Assembly: GCA_951406725.2 (NCBI GenBank)
Contig: OX597824.1
Coordinates: 73,284,001 to 73,348,000 of the forward strand
From: Octopus vulgaris
Lineage: Eukaryota
Direction of reading: 5' to 3'
Length of the DNA: 64,000 nt
Made by a program: the position numbers and the translations under genes. Below the pieces are notes generated by a model. That model saw only the letters and a list, made by a program, of their open reading frames with translations. It was not told the DNA's origin and ran no database searches. Positions 1 through 13,780 of this stretch are shown piece after piece (the stretch's first letter is position 1; the number at the start of each line of letters is the position of its first letter).

Positions 1-169
1 TCTTGGCAACCTCCAGATTACTGAACAGGAAACAGTGTCAAAAACCTTCTCTTGGAACAATAAATGCCAAATATAGGGGCTTGATGCTATCTAATTATTT
101 CACCTGCAGTTGCCTCCCTATGAAATTGATGAAAATAGTTACTATTGCTGGTACAAAATTCGAACTGCA

Positions 170-790
170 TTTAATCTAGGTTAATACTCTTCCTAATCAA
201 TTCGCAGACAACTCTTTCTGTAACTTTCATAACTTGACTCAACAATTTGATGCCCTTGTAATAGCCTCTTTCCTGTGCATCACCTTTACCAAAAGAACAG
301 TTGATGATAATACTACTACAATAGTGATTGAGTCTCAATCTCATCTGTGTTACTGTTTCAAGGGACTTGCACATGCCCTACTCTGCTTGATATTTCAATC
401 ATTTCAATGACTATCTTTGATGGATCAACTCCCTTCCCTGTCTCCATATTCTTAATTGCTCTATTTACCATACTGCTGTCAACTTGGACAGCTAATCCCT
501 CAATTGGGTCCACTTTGGATAGACTCTGTCTCATCCTTGAATATTCCTCATTCAAAGGTATCTCATAACAGCTTCTTTCTTTTTGGCATTGGTAAGTGCA
601 AGTGGACCACTATCATTCTGAATACAGCTTTCCTAATGATGTTTCAATATAATCTACTCGTGGTATACTGCACCACAAGCCAAAATGCTTCACACTTCAT
701 ATCATCACAATGTAGAACATTAGCAAATGTCTCGCTTTTGGTTTCTCCCATTGCTAAGTGAACCTGACCTCTAGCTTCTCTTCCTTTTTA
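170..790 (-). mobile_element. Degenerate RTE-clade LINE ORF fragment
   Basis: Translations GKGDAQERGYYKGIKLLSQVMKVTERV and RAIKNMETGK resemble the region just before the RTE reverse transcriptase. Multiple stops and frameshifts. Confidence 0.75.
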
Positions 791-1110
791 TTTGATTTTG
801 CTCTTTGCTTCTACCCCTCTACTAGTTTTCTTCCAGAGAACTCTGCCATCCTCTTCCCCACATCGCCCTCTTTTTGACAGAGACTTTATCTAACCACAAA
901 TCTTCTCTTTCTCTCTCCCTCACACACACACACACACAAACACATGAAAATAGGAAGAAGGGTAGTTAGAGATAAATGTATCAATATATTGACTGCACAA
1001 GTATTTTCATCCCCTGCTTAAGGTTATCAGCCAATTAATGCTATCTAGAAGTTTTCATCTCAAAGTGGCAACAATAAACGACTTCTACCATGCACATATA
1101 TACATATATG

Positions 1111-1161
<51 letters not shown>

Positions 1162-1420
1162 ATCACGTGACCGACCAGACCATCAGATGTTGTTACACAT
1201 CACTGGTCACAATGCGTTCGCATTGTTTTAGCCTTCGAATGACGCCACCCCGCTGGCTAAGCGAGCAGGCCATATATATATATATATATATATACATACA
1301 TACAATGTACAATATCTTTACATATCTTTATATATCTTATTTCTACTTTCATTCTCTTATTCCCCTCTATATTCCTAATCTTTTCCACAATAATTCAAAC
1401 TCAAATATTTTCTCACACCA

Positions 1421-1466
1421 TCTCTGATGAAGGAATATCCATAATATCCCAGAAACAGCTGTAAGA
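1421..1466 (+). ncRNA. Type I hammerhead-ribozyme-like motif (Penelope pLTR type), degenerate stem II
   Basis: tct-CTGATGA-[aggaatat ccata atatccca]-GAAAC-agct-GTA-aga. Intact core, palindromic stem III (ACAGCTGT), 3-bp stem I, two mismatches in stem II. Confidence 0.65.
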
Positions 1467-1756
1467 CTATTTCATTATAAATGTCTTGAAAACTCCTCTC
1501 AGCCTTGGTTTTGTTATCTCATTTGGTCTAATATAAATGCGCGTCATCGTTTTAAGGTGTATTTTTTTAATGTATGTATATTATTTAATATAGAAATTTT
1601 AGCACAATATTAATAATAAAGTCGTTTTGTGTATTTTTTTAATGTATATTATTTAGTATAGAAATTTTTAGTAAAATGTTAATAATATATTTAAATCTAT
1701 ATATCTTTCAATATTTATTGAATTACTTTATGGAGGTTCTATCTTTTAATTCTATA

Positions 1757-1797
<41 letters not shown>

Positions 1798-2208
1798 TAT
1801 ATAGCCATCATCACCATCATCATCATCTAACATCCACTTTTCCATGCTTGCATGTATCAGATGGAATTTTTGAGACAGTCTTCTATGGTTGGAAGCCCTT
1901 CCTATTGCCAACCCTTTCCAAGTAAGGTAAAGTTTACTATGGTCAGGCACTTTTTTTATGCGAGGCTGGATATTAACTAACTCTCATGATGTCAAGGTAA
2001 GGTGCACAAGGGTATACACACACACACACACAAAGGATTTCTGTCAACCAAATGCACTCACAAGATTTTGGCTGGGCCAGGGCTATAGCAGAAGATACAT
2101 GCTGAAGGTGTTGTGCAGTGGGACTGAACCTGAGACCACATGGTTTGAAAGCAAGCTTCTCAACCATACAACTATAATATGTATGTCTTGCATATATATA
2201 TATATAAT

Positions 2209-3500
2209 ATACAGGGTGGTCCAAAAGTCGCTAATCGTTTTCAAAACATAACAACCCTTTTGTTTATTGAATATTCACATTTATTCTTGGAAAACATTTT
2301 TAATTAGTTTTGAAAATTGTACCTCCAAATGGCTATCATTTCATTCTTGACAATGGTGAACTCTTTCTAAGGAGTGTTCCATCACTATTTGTAATGTTTC
2401 TTGACTTGCTCCTTCAATTTCTTATCCTTAAATTGCTAGCTGGTTCAAGATTTGTTGTGGGATACTCTTTCAGATATTCCCACAAGAAAAAGTCTGAAGC
2501 CATAAATCAGGTGAGCATGTGGGCCAATTGTATTCAGAGCTTCTTGATCTGGGCAGCATACACTAATTGTACCCAATAATCTGCTGGTTTTGGTTCCTGC
2601 ACTAGATACACTTCATGTTGGAATATATTCAGCATTGTGGAGGCACAATGGCCCAGTGGTTAGGGCAGCAGGCTTGCGGTCATAGGATCGCAGTTTCGAT
2701 TCCCAGACAAGGCATTGTGAGTGTTTATTGAGCAAAAACACCTAATGCTCCACAAGGCTCCAGCAGGGGGTGGTGGTGAACCCTGCTGTACTCTTTCAAC
2801 ACAACTGTCTCTCAATCTTTCTTCCTGTTTCTGTTGTACCTGTATTTCAAAAGATCAGCCTTGTCACACTCTGTGTCACGCTGAGTTAAGGTACACGTGT
2901 CTGTGGAGTGCTCAGCCACTTGCATGTTAATAAATGAGCTGCGACGTCACAGGTGCCAAGATGTATCGGCCTTTGCCTTTCCCTTGGATAACATCGGTGG
3001 TGTGGAGAGGGGAGGCGACAGCTGGTCTTCCATAAACAACCTAGCCCAGATTTGTGCCTCAGGGGGTAACTTTCTAGGTGCAATCCCATGGTCATTCATG
3101 ACCAAAGGGGGTCACACACAATATTCACCAGCCTTTAAATCCTCTGTAGTGAGCTTCAAGATATGCCCAGCTTTTGGGACCACCTTCAGTATATACCCTT
3201 CAGGTTCATGTTGGAGGCTCTTCTTCAATGCTCCTCTGTACACACTGAATGTTGTCCTGAGACCTTCTTGAATATGGCCTTCCCAAACATGGTAAATCAA
3301 TCACAACTCCTTGGTGTTCAAACAGTTGAAATATGTTAAGTAATCTTTGTTTAGATGGTAGCTGTCCAGTCTGAAAATGACAAATGTAAGCTCTTTGGGT
3401 TTGCACAATTCATTGTTGATTTTTGTAGATAAAATTTCATTGCTTTTACTTGTTGCTCAGTCATGAATTTTTCTATGTTTATTTTCCAAGAATTACATTA
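2209..3500 (-). mobile_element. Degenerate Tc1/mariner-superfamily element interrupted by a SINE
   Basis: Starts TA-CAGGGTGGTCCAAAAG, a Tc1-like terminus. Decayed transposase-like sequence on both sides of the SINE at 2639-3114. Confidence 0.45.
2639..3114 (+). mobile_element. tRNA-derived SINE, family A
   Basis: Head with A box (TGGCCCAGTGG) and B box (GTTTCGATTCC). Near-identical copy at 60219-60722. Confidence 0.85.
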
Positions 3501-3559
3501 GGAACAGAACAAAATTGAAAAAGTAATTGTAAAAACATTATTATAGTTTAAAATGGTCA

Positions 3560-3648
3560 AGTGATATATGTATATATACACACACATACATATATATATA
3601 CATATATATGTATATATATGTATATATGTATGTATATATATATGTATA

Positions 3649-3742
<94 letters not shown>
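3560..3742. repeat. (TA)n / (TATG)n microsatellite
   Basis: Directly visible. Similar tracts at 5590-5800, 6780-7030, 7230-7520, 29820-29910 and many other sites explain the YIYI pseudo-ORFs. Confidence 0.95.
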
Positions 3743-3746
<4 letters not shown>

Positions 3747-5021
3747 TCTTGAGGACGTTACCCAAATCACTGATCACAGATCCTGGGTGGATGTTGTTTA
3801 CCTGGACTTTGCTAAGTCTGTGCCACACAAAAGACTTATGGTGAAGCTCTCTGCGTTGAGCATAAGAGACGAACTCTATAACTGGTTGAAGTCCTTTATT
3901 TTCGGCTGAAAAGAGGTTGTCACAGTTCTAGGACAGCACTCTTCACCCTATGAGATGACATCTGGTGTACCGCAGGGATATGTTCTTGGCCCCCTTTTAT
4001 TTGTTGCTTATATTAATGACATAGATGCCAACTTAAAGAATGCCACTGTGCTGAAATATGCAGATGACATCAAGCTGTACCTCGAAATAAAGAGGTCAGA
4101 TCCTGTACACTATAGATCTCTATTGCAAGCAGACCTGGACACAATGCAGCAGTGGATCATGGACTGGCAACTCAAGCTGGCTGTGGACAAATGTACCACC
4201 ATGCATTTTGGGAGGAGAAACCCAGCGTCCACCTATTCCCTCCACAACACTAATCTCAAAAAGTCTTCGTGTGAACGTGACCTGGGTGTTATTGTCGACA
4301 GTGATTTGCGTTGGACAAAACACATCGCTAAAATTGTCAAGAAGGCTGAGGGTGTCTTGGCATCACTCACCAAATCCTTTGTGAGCCACTCTCCGACTAT
4401 CTATCTGTGGCTTTATATAGCTATGGTAAGACCTCACCTGGAATTTGCATCACCGGTCTGGAACCCCTATCTTGCCCAGGATATCAATCATCTGGAAGCC
4501 GTTCAGCGACGTGCAACCAAAAGAATACCCTCCATCAGGCATTTGTCATATCCTGAACACCTTACTTCCCTGGGCATGGACACATTGAAACTCCAACGTC
4601 TGGCAGCTGACATGGCAGACACCCATAAAATTATCAACCATCTTACAAACAATAACTCTGAGCACATTTTCAAACTCCACCCGTCTAGCACCCGTGGACA
4701 TATTTACAAAGTCAGAAAACAGCACAGCTCCCATGACTTTATGAAACACTTTTTCATGCTGAGAGTTGCTGAAGCATGGAACAAACTACTGGCATCGGTT
4801 GTTAGTTGGCGGAGCACTGCATCCTTCAAAACTTCCATGCTTTCTGAGATTCACCAACACTACACCTGATTTCCTCCCCTCCATCCACACACAAGCATGT
4901 ATCTGACTCCTACACTATTCACTTTCCAGACATTTGTACATTACTGCATACACTTTATACGCACTCTCTGACAAGTTGTGGTGCACCTGTGCACTGTATA
5001 CAATAATTTCATTATTATTAT

Positions 5022-5024
<3 letters not shown>
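3743..5024 (+). mobile_element. 5'-truncated CR1/L2-group LINE (RT C-terminal half plus 3' UTR)
   Basis: [46 protein letters not shown] and VQRRATK in one frame with a single internal TGA (3907-3909). (ATT)n tail. Inserted in a TA microsatellite. Confidence 0.92.
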
Positions 5025-5070
<46 letters not shown>

Positions 5071-5200
5071 AGTTAAGACCAAAAGTTTGGAACATCGGTC
5101 TTAAAATTAGAATTTTTATATTGAATGTCCAAATATATACATTATATATTAAATTAATTGATTAACTTATTGCATTAATAGTAATATTTTCTTCTTTCAG

Positions 5201-5317
5201 TTTGCCTTCAGTAATTTACCATCCATCATAACAATGCAGACTACCTCACCAGTGCCGACCAAAACCACATACCAGTCCAAGTTAAAAGGGAAATTTGATC
5301 ATCTACCGAATATTTGA
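5201..5317 (+). CDS. Possible terminal coding exon of a plus-strand gene entering from the left (FAFSNLPSIITMQTTSPVPTKTTYQSKLKGKFDHLPNI*)
   Basis: Strong acceptor ttttcttctttcAG at 5199-5200 followed by 38 open codons in unique sequence. No homology recognised. Confidence 0.25.
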   Translation, partial: FAFSNLPSIITMQTTSPVPTKTTYQSKLKGKFDHLPNI

Positions 5318-5590
5318 AGATAACTGACACCGCTGACCCCCACATCCCCACATTTTTTGGGAGTTTCAGACATTTTTTTTCTCTTTGTCATCTTGCCATC
5401 CTGCCTGTCTATCGTCCAGCCATTTTGGAAGAGATTTTTTTCCTCTTGAATTATCTTTGGTAGGGTGAGGCAGGACTGTCTATCCCTTTTTTTAATTTTG
5501 TTATTAGTCCTACTTTGTTCATCATCAGTGTTTGTGTGTATGTGTATATATATATATATATCAGAAATACTAAATTTCTAAATCTCTCGT

Positions 5591-5629
<39 letters not shown>

Positions 5630-5688
5630 TACATATATATACATACATATACATATATATACATATATATATACATACATATATATAC

Positions 5689-5751
<63 letters not shown>

Positions 5752-6781
5752 CATATATATATACACACACATGTATGTATATTTACATATATATACGTAC
5801 ATAAACACACTTAAACACAGATATATTTATAATGTATACACATACACACATGTATATATATACATATAGATGTAGAGGTATATGTATATAAAGACACATG
5901 CATAAATATATATAAAATATACACATGCATACACATGAATGGTGTGTATGTACATGTGTGCATATGTGTGTGTGTGTACTAGTAAAACATGTTTATTCTG
6001 AGAAGTTAATCATTTTCTTTAAATTTCCTTATGAGCCCTATGCATTTCCTATGGAACAATGAAGTCTCTCAGCCAATCTATAGTTCTGGTCCATCATGGT
6101 CTCATCTTCTGGATGGTGTAGGTATTGGTGATGTGTGTCATAGCTGCATTCTTATAGTTGTAAGAAATACAGATTTTAATTATGCTCTGTTACAAAAACA
6201 AAGGTATAACATAAAACAAAATTAATGCAAACGTCATAAATACAACATTCACGCTCAGGATTCTTGCCAAAAAGACGCCAGAAAATATTAATGCCACAAA
6301 TAAATACTTAGGGTTACTGAGCAAGCAAGGGGAGCTTTTGTGCACTTGCTTGACTTGCTACACATAGCAATTAAATCTCCCTCAAATCACACAAAAGGAC
6401 AACTTCAATAATATGGTCCTAGGTTCTGTACACATAGAAAAACTGGTTTTACATGCATTTGTACACAGTTCTGGTCTCTTAGGGCTGCCTTGGAGCTAAA
6501 CAATAATAGCTGAAGGAGCCAAAATATGTCGCTGGAATTGTTAAATATAACAGTAAATCTCTCAAAACACCCCCCACTGGAAGGGTAGATTGGACAAAGA
6601 TTTTATAAATATGCAAAATGATGTGGTAGATCACAGCTGAATTAGCTCTGACTGTAGGTCGGGTTAGTCATGTTTGGACTGGAGTTGAGCAACAACAACA
6701 AGAATGACAGTAACAACTACATATAGAAATAAGACTATGAAGGTCTAGAAACTTTGAGGGAGCTACAAAGTTTATTGTTCC

Positions 6782-6812
<31 letters not shown>

Positions 6813-6910
6813 CATACATACATATATACATGTATGTAGATATATGCATATATATTTATACATATATGTGTATATATATATATATGTATAAATATATACA
6901 TATGTGTGTG

Positions 6911-6961
<51 letters not shown>

Positions 6962-7245
6962 GTGTATATATATGTATATATTTCTCCATTTTCTCATTTT
7001 GTATATGTATATATATATATATATATAAATTATCTTAATTACTAAAAACTTAACATGAACTGTATAACATTATTAAACACTATATATTGTACCAATTTAA
7101 AATAACAATAAAACAAGGCCAACACAACATCTGACAGGAATTGAACCACATATCTTTTGTTTTACAGTATTTTAACTTGTTTTTTTTTTGTTACAAAATA
7201 TTATCTTGTATACCTCAATATGCATTTCAATATATATATATATAT

Positions 7246-7331
<86 letters not shown>

Positions 7332-7451
7332 TATATGTACACACACATATATATATATACATACATGTCTATACATATATACATACATGTATATGTGTGT
7401 GTATGTATGTATATATATATATGTGTGTGTGTAGACACACATATACTTATA

Positions 7452-7523
<72 letters not shown>

Positions 7524-8777
7524 GAGAGGGAGAGGGATCAAGTAATTCCATATATCACTGGGAGAAGTACTCAATATAATGAATATGGAATTAATTTATA
7601 TATTTTATACAATTACAGAAACCTATCAATCTATGTTACTGATAGTTTCCAAGGTAATCAAAGCGGCTGAATATTTATTACTAGAGGTCAGTTGACTGAC
7701 AGTCTGAGTTTCTCAACAAACAGATGTTTTACAGTACAAAGGAAGTAGCCTTAACTTCTGTTGGTGCTTTGAGCATTGCAGAAAAAGATTTTTCCCATTT
7801 GTTTTCTAAATCTTAAACCACTGAGGTGGTTAAGTGAGATCATTTATGTATATGTCCATAGTGGTTAATCTCCTTGCTAGATGACCTGTAGACTTACATA
7901 ATATTTCTTATAATTTGAAGATTTCATTTAAAGGATTAAAAGGCACATTAAAAATTTAGACAGAAAGCCAGTAGTTATGTGGGGAGGGTGTTACTATTGA
8001 CCCTGGCACTTGACTGGTATTTAATTTATCAACCATGTAGGGATGAAAACCAAAGTTGACTTCTGTGAGATTTGAACTCAAAACATAAAGAATCGGATGA
8101 AATAACCACAAAACTGGGGCTTTTTTCAGTTGCTATACCAATTCTACCAGCTCAAATGAGGCCTGTATAATGTGCATAAGTACACCATCATCATCATCAT
8201 TATTGTCATCACCATCATTGTTTTAACCCTTTTGAGACACATGGTGTTTTGGTATGTGTAGCCAAAAAGACCTTTTTTTTCTGTTGAGATTGAAAGTGAT
8301 GGGTGCATGTAGAAAACAAAGGATAAAGTGCCTAAAACTACTTTATTTGTATGTAAAACTATATATATATATATATATATATATTATGGTTTTTATATTA
8401 TATATATTAGGGCTTTATATTATATCTACTGATTGGCTATTACACTTCAAAATGTTTCTTTCATCAGGCTGATGGATTGGCCTCAAAGTCCTTTCAGCTT
8501 GTATCACTTGGGCCAATCATTTGGCCTAGGTGTTGCAAGAGGGTTAATGCTCACATGGCTTGTAAAGAATTTGTTGAGGCAGATTTTTCTGCAGTCAGAA
8601 GCCCTTCCTGTTGCCAACTCTCGTCTGTTTCCAAGTATGGTAATACTTCCCTTTGACCAGACATGCTTTTTACAGACAATTGGAAACAAAAGACGACACT
8701 TGCATGAAGGTGACACTCGTTTACAACTATCACACAAATTCAAGGCAAGGAGACAGTAACACACACACACATATACA

Positions 8778-8809
<32 letters not shown>

Positions 8810-8826
8810 CATATATGTGTGTGTGC

Positions 8827-8879
<53 letters not shown>

Positions 8880-8897
8880 CACATAATACATATATGT

Positions 8898-9190
8898 GGA
8901 GGCGCAATGGCCCAGTGGTTAGGGCAGCGGACTCACGGTCGTAGGATCGCGGTTTCGATTCCCAGACCGGGCGTTGCGTGTGTTTATTGAGCGAAAACAC
9001 CTAAAGCTCCACGAGGCTCCGACAGGGATTGGTGGCGGTCCCTGCTGTACTCTTTCGCCACAACTTTCTCTCATTCTTTCTTCTGTTGGCCTGCTCACTT
9101 AGCCAGCGGGGTGGTGTCATTCGAAGGCTAAAACAATGCAAAGCGCATTGTGACCAGCGATGTGTAGTCCGGTCGGTCATGGTGATCACA
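8898..9190 (+). mobile_element. tRNA-derived SINE, family A variant
   Basis: GGAGGCGCAATGGCCCAGTGGTTAGGG...GGTTTCGATTCCC head. 3' part also present inverted at 1155-1270 and in the copy at 55012-55282. Confidence 0.85.
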
Positions 9191-9199
9191 TATATATCA

Positions 9200-9466
9200 A
9201 ATAAAAAGGTTTAAAAATGTGCCCTTTTAAAGCCTAGCCAGGCTCATGGGCCCAGTTTCCCGGTTTCTATGGCGTATGTGTTCCCCAGCTGGACGGGGAA
9301 GCCAGTCCATTGCAGCGTTACTCATTTTTGCCAGCTGAGTGAACTGGAGCAACGTGAAATGAAGTGTTTTGCTCAAGAACACGTTGCATCGCCCGGTCCA
9401 GGAATTGAAACCACAATCTTATGATCATGATGCTGACTACCTAACCACTAAGCCACGCGCCACCAC
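9200..9466 (-). mobile_element. tRNA-derived SINE
   Basis: Reverse complement begins GTGGCGCGTGGCTTAGTGGTTAG with a B box. Related copies at 34108-34330 (+) and 37300-37525 (-). Confidence 0.8.
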
Positions 9467-10959
9467 ATATATATCAAATAGTTAAGGATTATTATCAATC
9501 CAGGCAAGGTACTTCATAAGCTCTCTATTGGCACACCAAGCTAACAATATTATTTAGATTAGTGAAGAACTTCAGATAATCTTGTGGTAGGGTCCAAGGT
9601 TATGGTTCATCATAATTGTGTATTGTAAATCTGTGGGTGGGCTCCAGACAAACTGGTTTTTACACAAAGAAGTTAAAAATAATGGCCATTACATATTCTT
9701 TTATTGCTCCAATAAAGACAAAATATGTAATGAGCATTATTTTTAACTTGTTTCTAATATATATGTATATATATATATATGTATATGTGTGTGTGTGTGT
9801 GTATAATTAAGAGAAATAACCTCTATTAAGTAAGATATCTATATTAGCTCGCTGCCTTCTTTCAGTTTCATTCTACCAAATCCATTCAAAGTTTCGGCCA
9901 GCCTGGAGCTATTGTAGAAGACTCAGTGGGATTGAACCTGAAACCATGTGGATGGGAAGCAATCTTCAATAAAATTCTAGTTAAAAATTTTTGTCTTCTT
10001 TTTTCTACTTTTTACAACTGAGACTCTATTTATCAGTCTGAACTCTAGATATACCTCTTTTATTCTTCTATTTTGTTCTTTATCTCTTAACTTACAATCT
10101 TGCTTTTTGTTCTTTAAAAAAAATCACCAAATTTATTTGAGTCAACATGTCAACCATTAAGGGAGTTATCACCTTTGAGTTTATTCACAAATGATTTCCT
10201 GAACCAGAACTAGTGAAGCATTGAAATAAACAAATTTTGATATTTAGTCACATCCCTTAATATTTTGAGTTTACCCTTTGTCAGGGTGATCTTCACTTTT
10301 CATCTCTCCAAATTTGATAAAATAAGTAACAATTCAATTAGCCATATACTTCTACTGCAAAACCACCAGCATCGTCAATTTTAGTTCCTTGTTACAACTT
10401 TTTCATTCTGAGTTTAAATCCTGTCCCTGACAAATTCATCATCTTTTTCATTACTCTTAGTTTGTTAGTTCACTCTGTGCCATGAGGTGGCTGCAACATG
10501 ATCTCTCCAACCAGTTCTGTTTTCTGACACTGTTCTGGTCTCATTCCAGCTCCTTCACCCTTCTCATCTCCTTTCTTTATCAATGGTCTTTTACCATGTG
10601 GTTTTAGGACACCTTGTTGCTCTTTTCCCCTCAGGATGCTGCTTTGGTGCCACCATATAAATCGCTCTGCAGCAAAAAGTGGTTGAGAGAGATACATAGA
10701 AAGCAATAGAGCAGAGAAGAAAAATTAATGACAAGATTCATAGCACTCGCTCAGAATGCATCAAAGGTACTCTACACATTGAGTACATGCAGAAAGACAG
10801 AGAAATCAAGTGTAGAACAAGGGAAGACAAGTGTAAATGAGTGAAGGAAATTGCAAAGTGGAGTGGAGGAAATTGAAGACGAAAAGTCAGCAGAAAAAGG
10901 CAGAATGAAAAAACTCAATCATTCTTCTAGAGTTGCTAAATTAATCATATGTTGGGGTT

Positions 10960-11900
10960 AATTGGCAAAGACAATAAGATAAACATATTAGTGTTTGTTC
11001 CAGCCCTTTGAGCTCAAATCGTGCCATAAGCCTTTGGGTTCAAATTGTGCCATAAGCTGCTTAAGTGGCAGACCTTATTTCCTGCCCTGTTTAACATCAC
11101 AACATTGTCTTTATGTGCCATTAACTTACATGCATTTGAACTGGGTCTCCAGTTTAAGGTACCTTCTTCTTTTGCTCTTTCCTGTCTTGGGGTTGGAGGT
11201 CCTGTAAAGAGTCATGCTCACTGCTTTTCTTCCCATCCAAGTGATAAAAATGTAAACTCTAAGATCCTGTGGAAGGATGCAGGCAGCATGACATGACCAT
11301 TGTTACTCACCACTCATAAATCCAGCACAATCGCCGGAAACTATGCCTCACATTGTGTATCAAGTTATGACATCGGAACTATCTCCACATAACCATGTCA
11401 TATCTCCTCTGCTAGACTTTTGTCTATTGTCAAACTTTTTCTCATCTGAGAAGAACCAAAACCTGCTATGTTTGTGAGGGTTCTTAACCTTGTTAAGTAA
11501 ACCACTTGGCATGGATCATACAGTTTTGTTGTGTCTTTGTAGGCATGCATGGGCCTCCACTCAGTAGTCATGACTTGTATCAAATCCCTTTGCACAACAC
11601 AGTTCTGATAATCCACTCCAACACCTAAAGTTCTTAGATGACAGCTCTCATTGATTTTCTGGGGTCACAATCGATAATGTTTTGAATCTAATGGATGAAT
11701 TGTAGTATCTAAATACACAGAATGTTTTCTACTTTGTTGATACCATTGAAATATTCCCATCAGAGGCTTCCAATTCTATCCAAACAAAAGATCTTGCAAC
11801 ACTTAGAGGTTGGCAATTTCTAAATTACTGTGATCTGCACATACGGCAAGAATGACTCTTCTCTCTTTCCATTTCTTGTTTTAACATTTTATCTGCCACA
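10960..11900 (-). mobile_element. Highly decayed IS630-Tc1-mariner (maT/DD37D-like) transposase remnant
   Basis: Frameshifted pieces VILAVCADHSNLEIA, VARSFVWIELEASDGNIS and FPAIVLDL*VVSNNGHVMLP resemble the N-terminal HTH and catalytic region of this family (recalled similarity). Confidence 0.6.
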
Positions 11901-11968
11901 GAATATCTGAAAGAACTAAAAGCCATTTAATTGGTGATACTTAAGATTCCTCAAAAACCTTACAACCC

Positions 11969-12007
<39 letters not shown>

Positions 12008-13594
12008 CACATACACATAAACATGGGCCAAATACAATATCCTCATGTATAAAATAGGGTTAAACACACATCTATTACTCTCAAGTGAAAACAACTTCAC
12101 AGTTTTGGGATATTGACGACGAAAATAATAAAAAAATCACTAATAACAAAACAAGCTTTCGATTTTTTCTTTTCTGATTCTGTTTTAACTTGATTTCAAT
12201 TGTTTTTTTTTATGAATGCAGTATTCCAACATGGCTGCATTCCATTGATTAAAGCAAGTAAAATATAAAAAAGAAAAAGAAGTAAAACCTAAAAATAATG
12301 AAGCAACTAAGAATTTTAACATACACAGCCCTTTTCTGCTGACTTTTCGTCTTCAATTTCCTCCACTCCACTTTGCAATTTTCTCCACTCATTTAAATGC
12401 AATTATTTCATTAATGCAAGAGCAATGAATGGATAACTGGATATAAAAAAAAAATGGTAAAGAAACCTCTACAATCAGGAGTGACTATGGAATTACACCT
12501 AGAAAGTTCACCTCCAAGGCACAAGTCCAGGCGAGGTTGTTTGTGGAAGACCAGCAGTCACCCATGCATAGCAATTTCCCCTCACCATGCCACCAATGTT
12601 GTCTAAGGAAAAGCAAAAGCTGATACAGCTTGGTACCAGTGACATTGCAACTCATTTCTGCAGTGGACTGGAGCAATGTGAAATAAAGCGTCTTGCTCAA
12701 GAACACAACACACAGCCTGGTCCAGGAATTGAACTCACAATCTCATGATTGTGAGCCTGATGCTCTAACCACTGATATAGGTGCAGACAAAACGTGCCTC
12801 ATCCCTCGTTTTTTTTTTTAGCAACATTCTTTTATGTTCTGTGTTTGAAATCCACTTCATGTCCTTTTGGAAAGTGGGTTGATAAAATATGTACCAGTCC
12901 AATGGCAGAGGTCAATTCAATTGACCTTGCCTGTCCCACAAAAATTGTGACCTTATATTTATGTTAGAAACCATTATTAACCTTATTTTTTGCAATAAAA
13001 AAACTTTTAATAATTATGGAAGAAAAATTTTAATCAATAAACAAAAGGGAAAAATATTGGCCATGGTTGTAAAGAAAATTAAATCTGTTATCAAAAGTTT
13101 TGAAGTTTATATGATGATTAATAGATTATTTATTAGAACTGGTAAACATTGTTAAGACATGTTCCTGAGGCTGATGGACAACATTTGATTGTTATAACAA
13201 TTATAATATTAATTGATTTTTTTTTAATGATTTGACCACTTTAGCTTTAAAAAAATTACATTAGTAGAAGAAACTTGAAATTATACAAATAAAACTTTTT
13301 AAACTTAGATATATTTTCTTTGTCTTATTTTTAATTGATTTCTCAAATATATTTTATGTGTATTTTTGTGTATGGTGTGTGTTTGAGAGAGAGTGGGGAG
13401 GGCAGTAGGCAGAGACTAAAGAATATATTACAAATAAATATATATAAGTACTGGGACCAATTTGGGCACACGGTTTGTTCTATTTGAAAATCAGAATGCT
13501 GATACATGAGAAAAAATGAGAATGTTGATGCAAAAAGTGGAATAAGAAAACAAAGGGTAAATAAAAATGAAAAAAAAAAGAAAGAAACAGATCA

Positions 13595-13780
13595 CACATT
13601 CTTTTTAGATTCAAGAATTCCGCCACACTACTTAAATTCTAGATCTGAAATTTTCAGCAAATGCAAGCATATGGACAAATTTCTTTTGGCAAACTGGAAG
13701 ACATCACTCTCCCTGGATTCCGCAGCTATCTCACAGACTTCGGATTCCTCTCCGATAAATTATTCAACACCAGCTAGTTT
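13595..13780 (+). mobile_element. Penelope-like element ORF C-terminal relic
   Basis: LNSRSEIFSKCKHMDKFLL matches the LNxRSExxSKCxH motif that follows the GIY-YIG endonuclease in Penelope-like elements. Confidence 0.65.

Noticed and set aside
8898-8975. tRNA-like sequences with A and B boxes (also at 2639, 55012, 60219)
   Set aside because: They are SINE heads that continue into shared repeat bodies, not stand-alone tRNA genes.
3498-9000. Many YIYI/HTHT-rich ORFs
   Set aside because: Translations of (TA)n, (CA)n and (TATG)n microsatellites.
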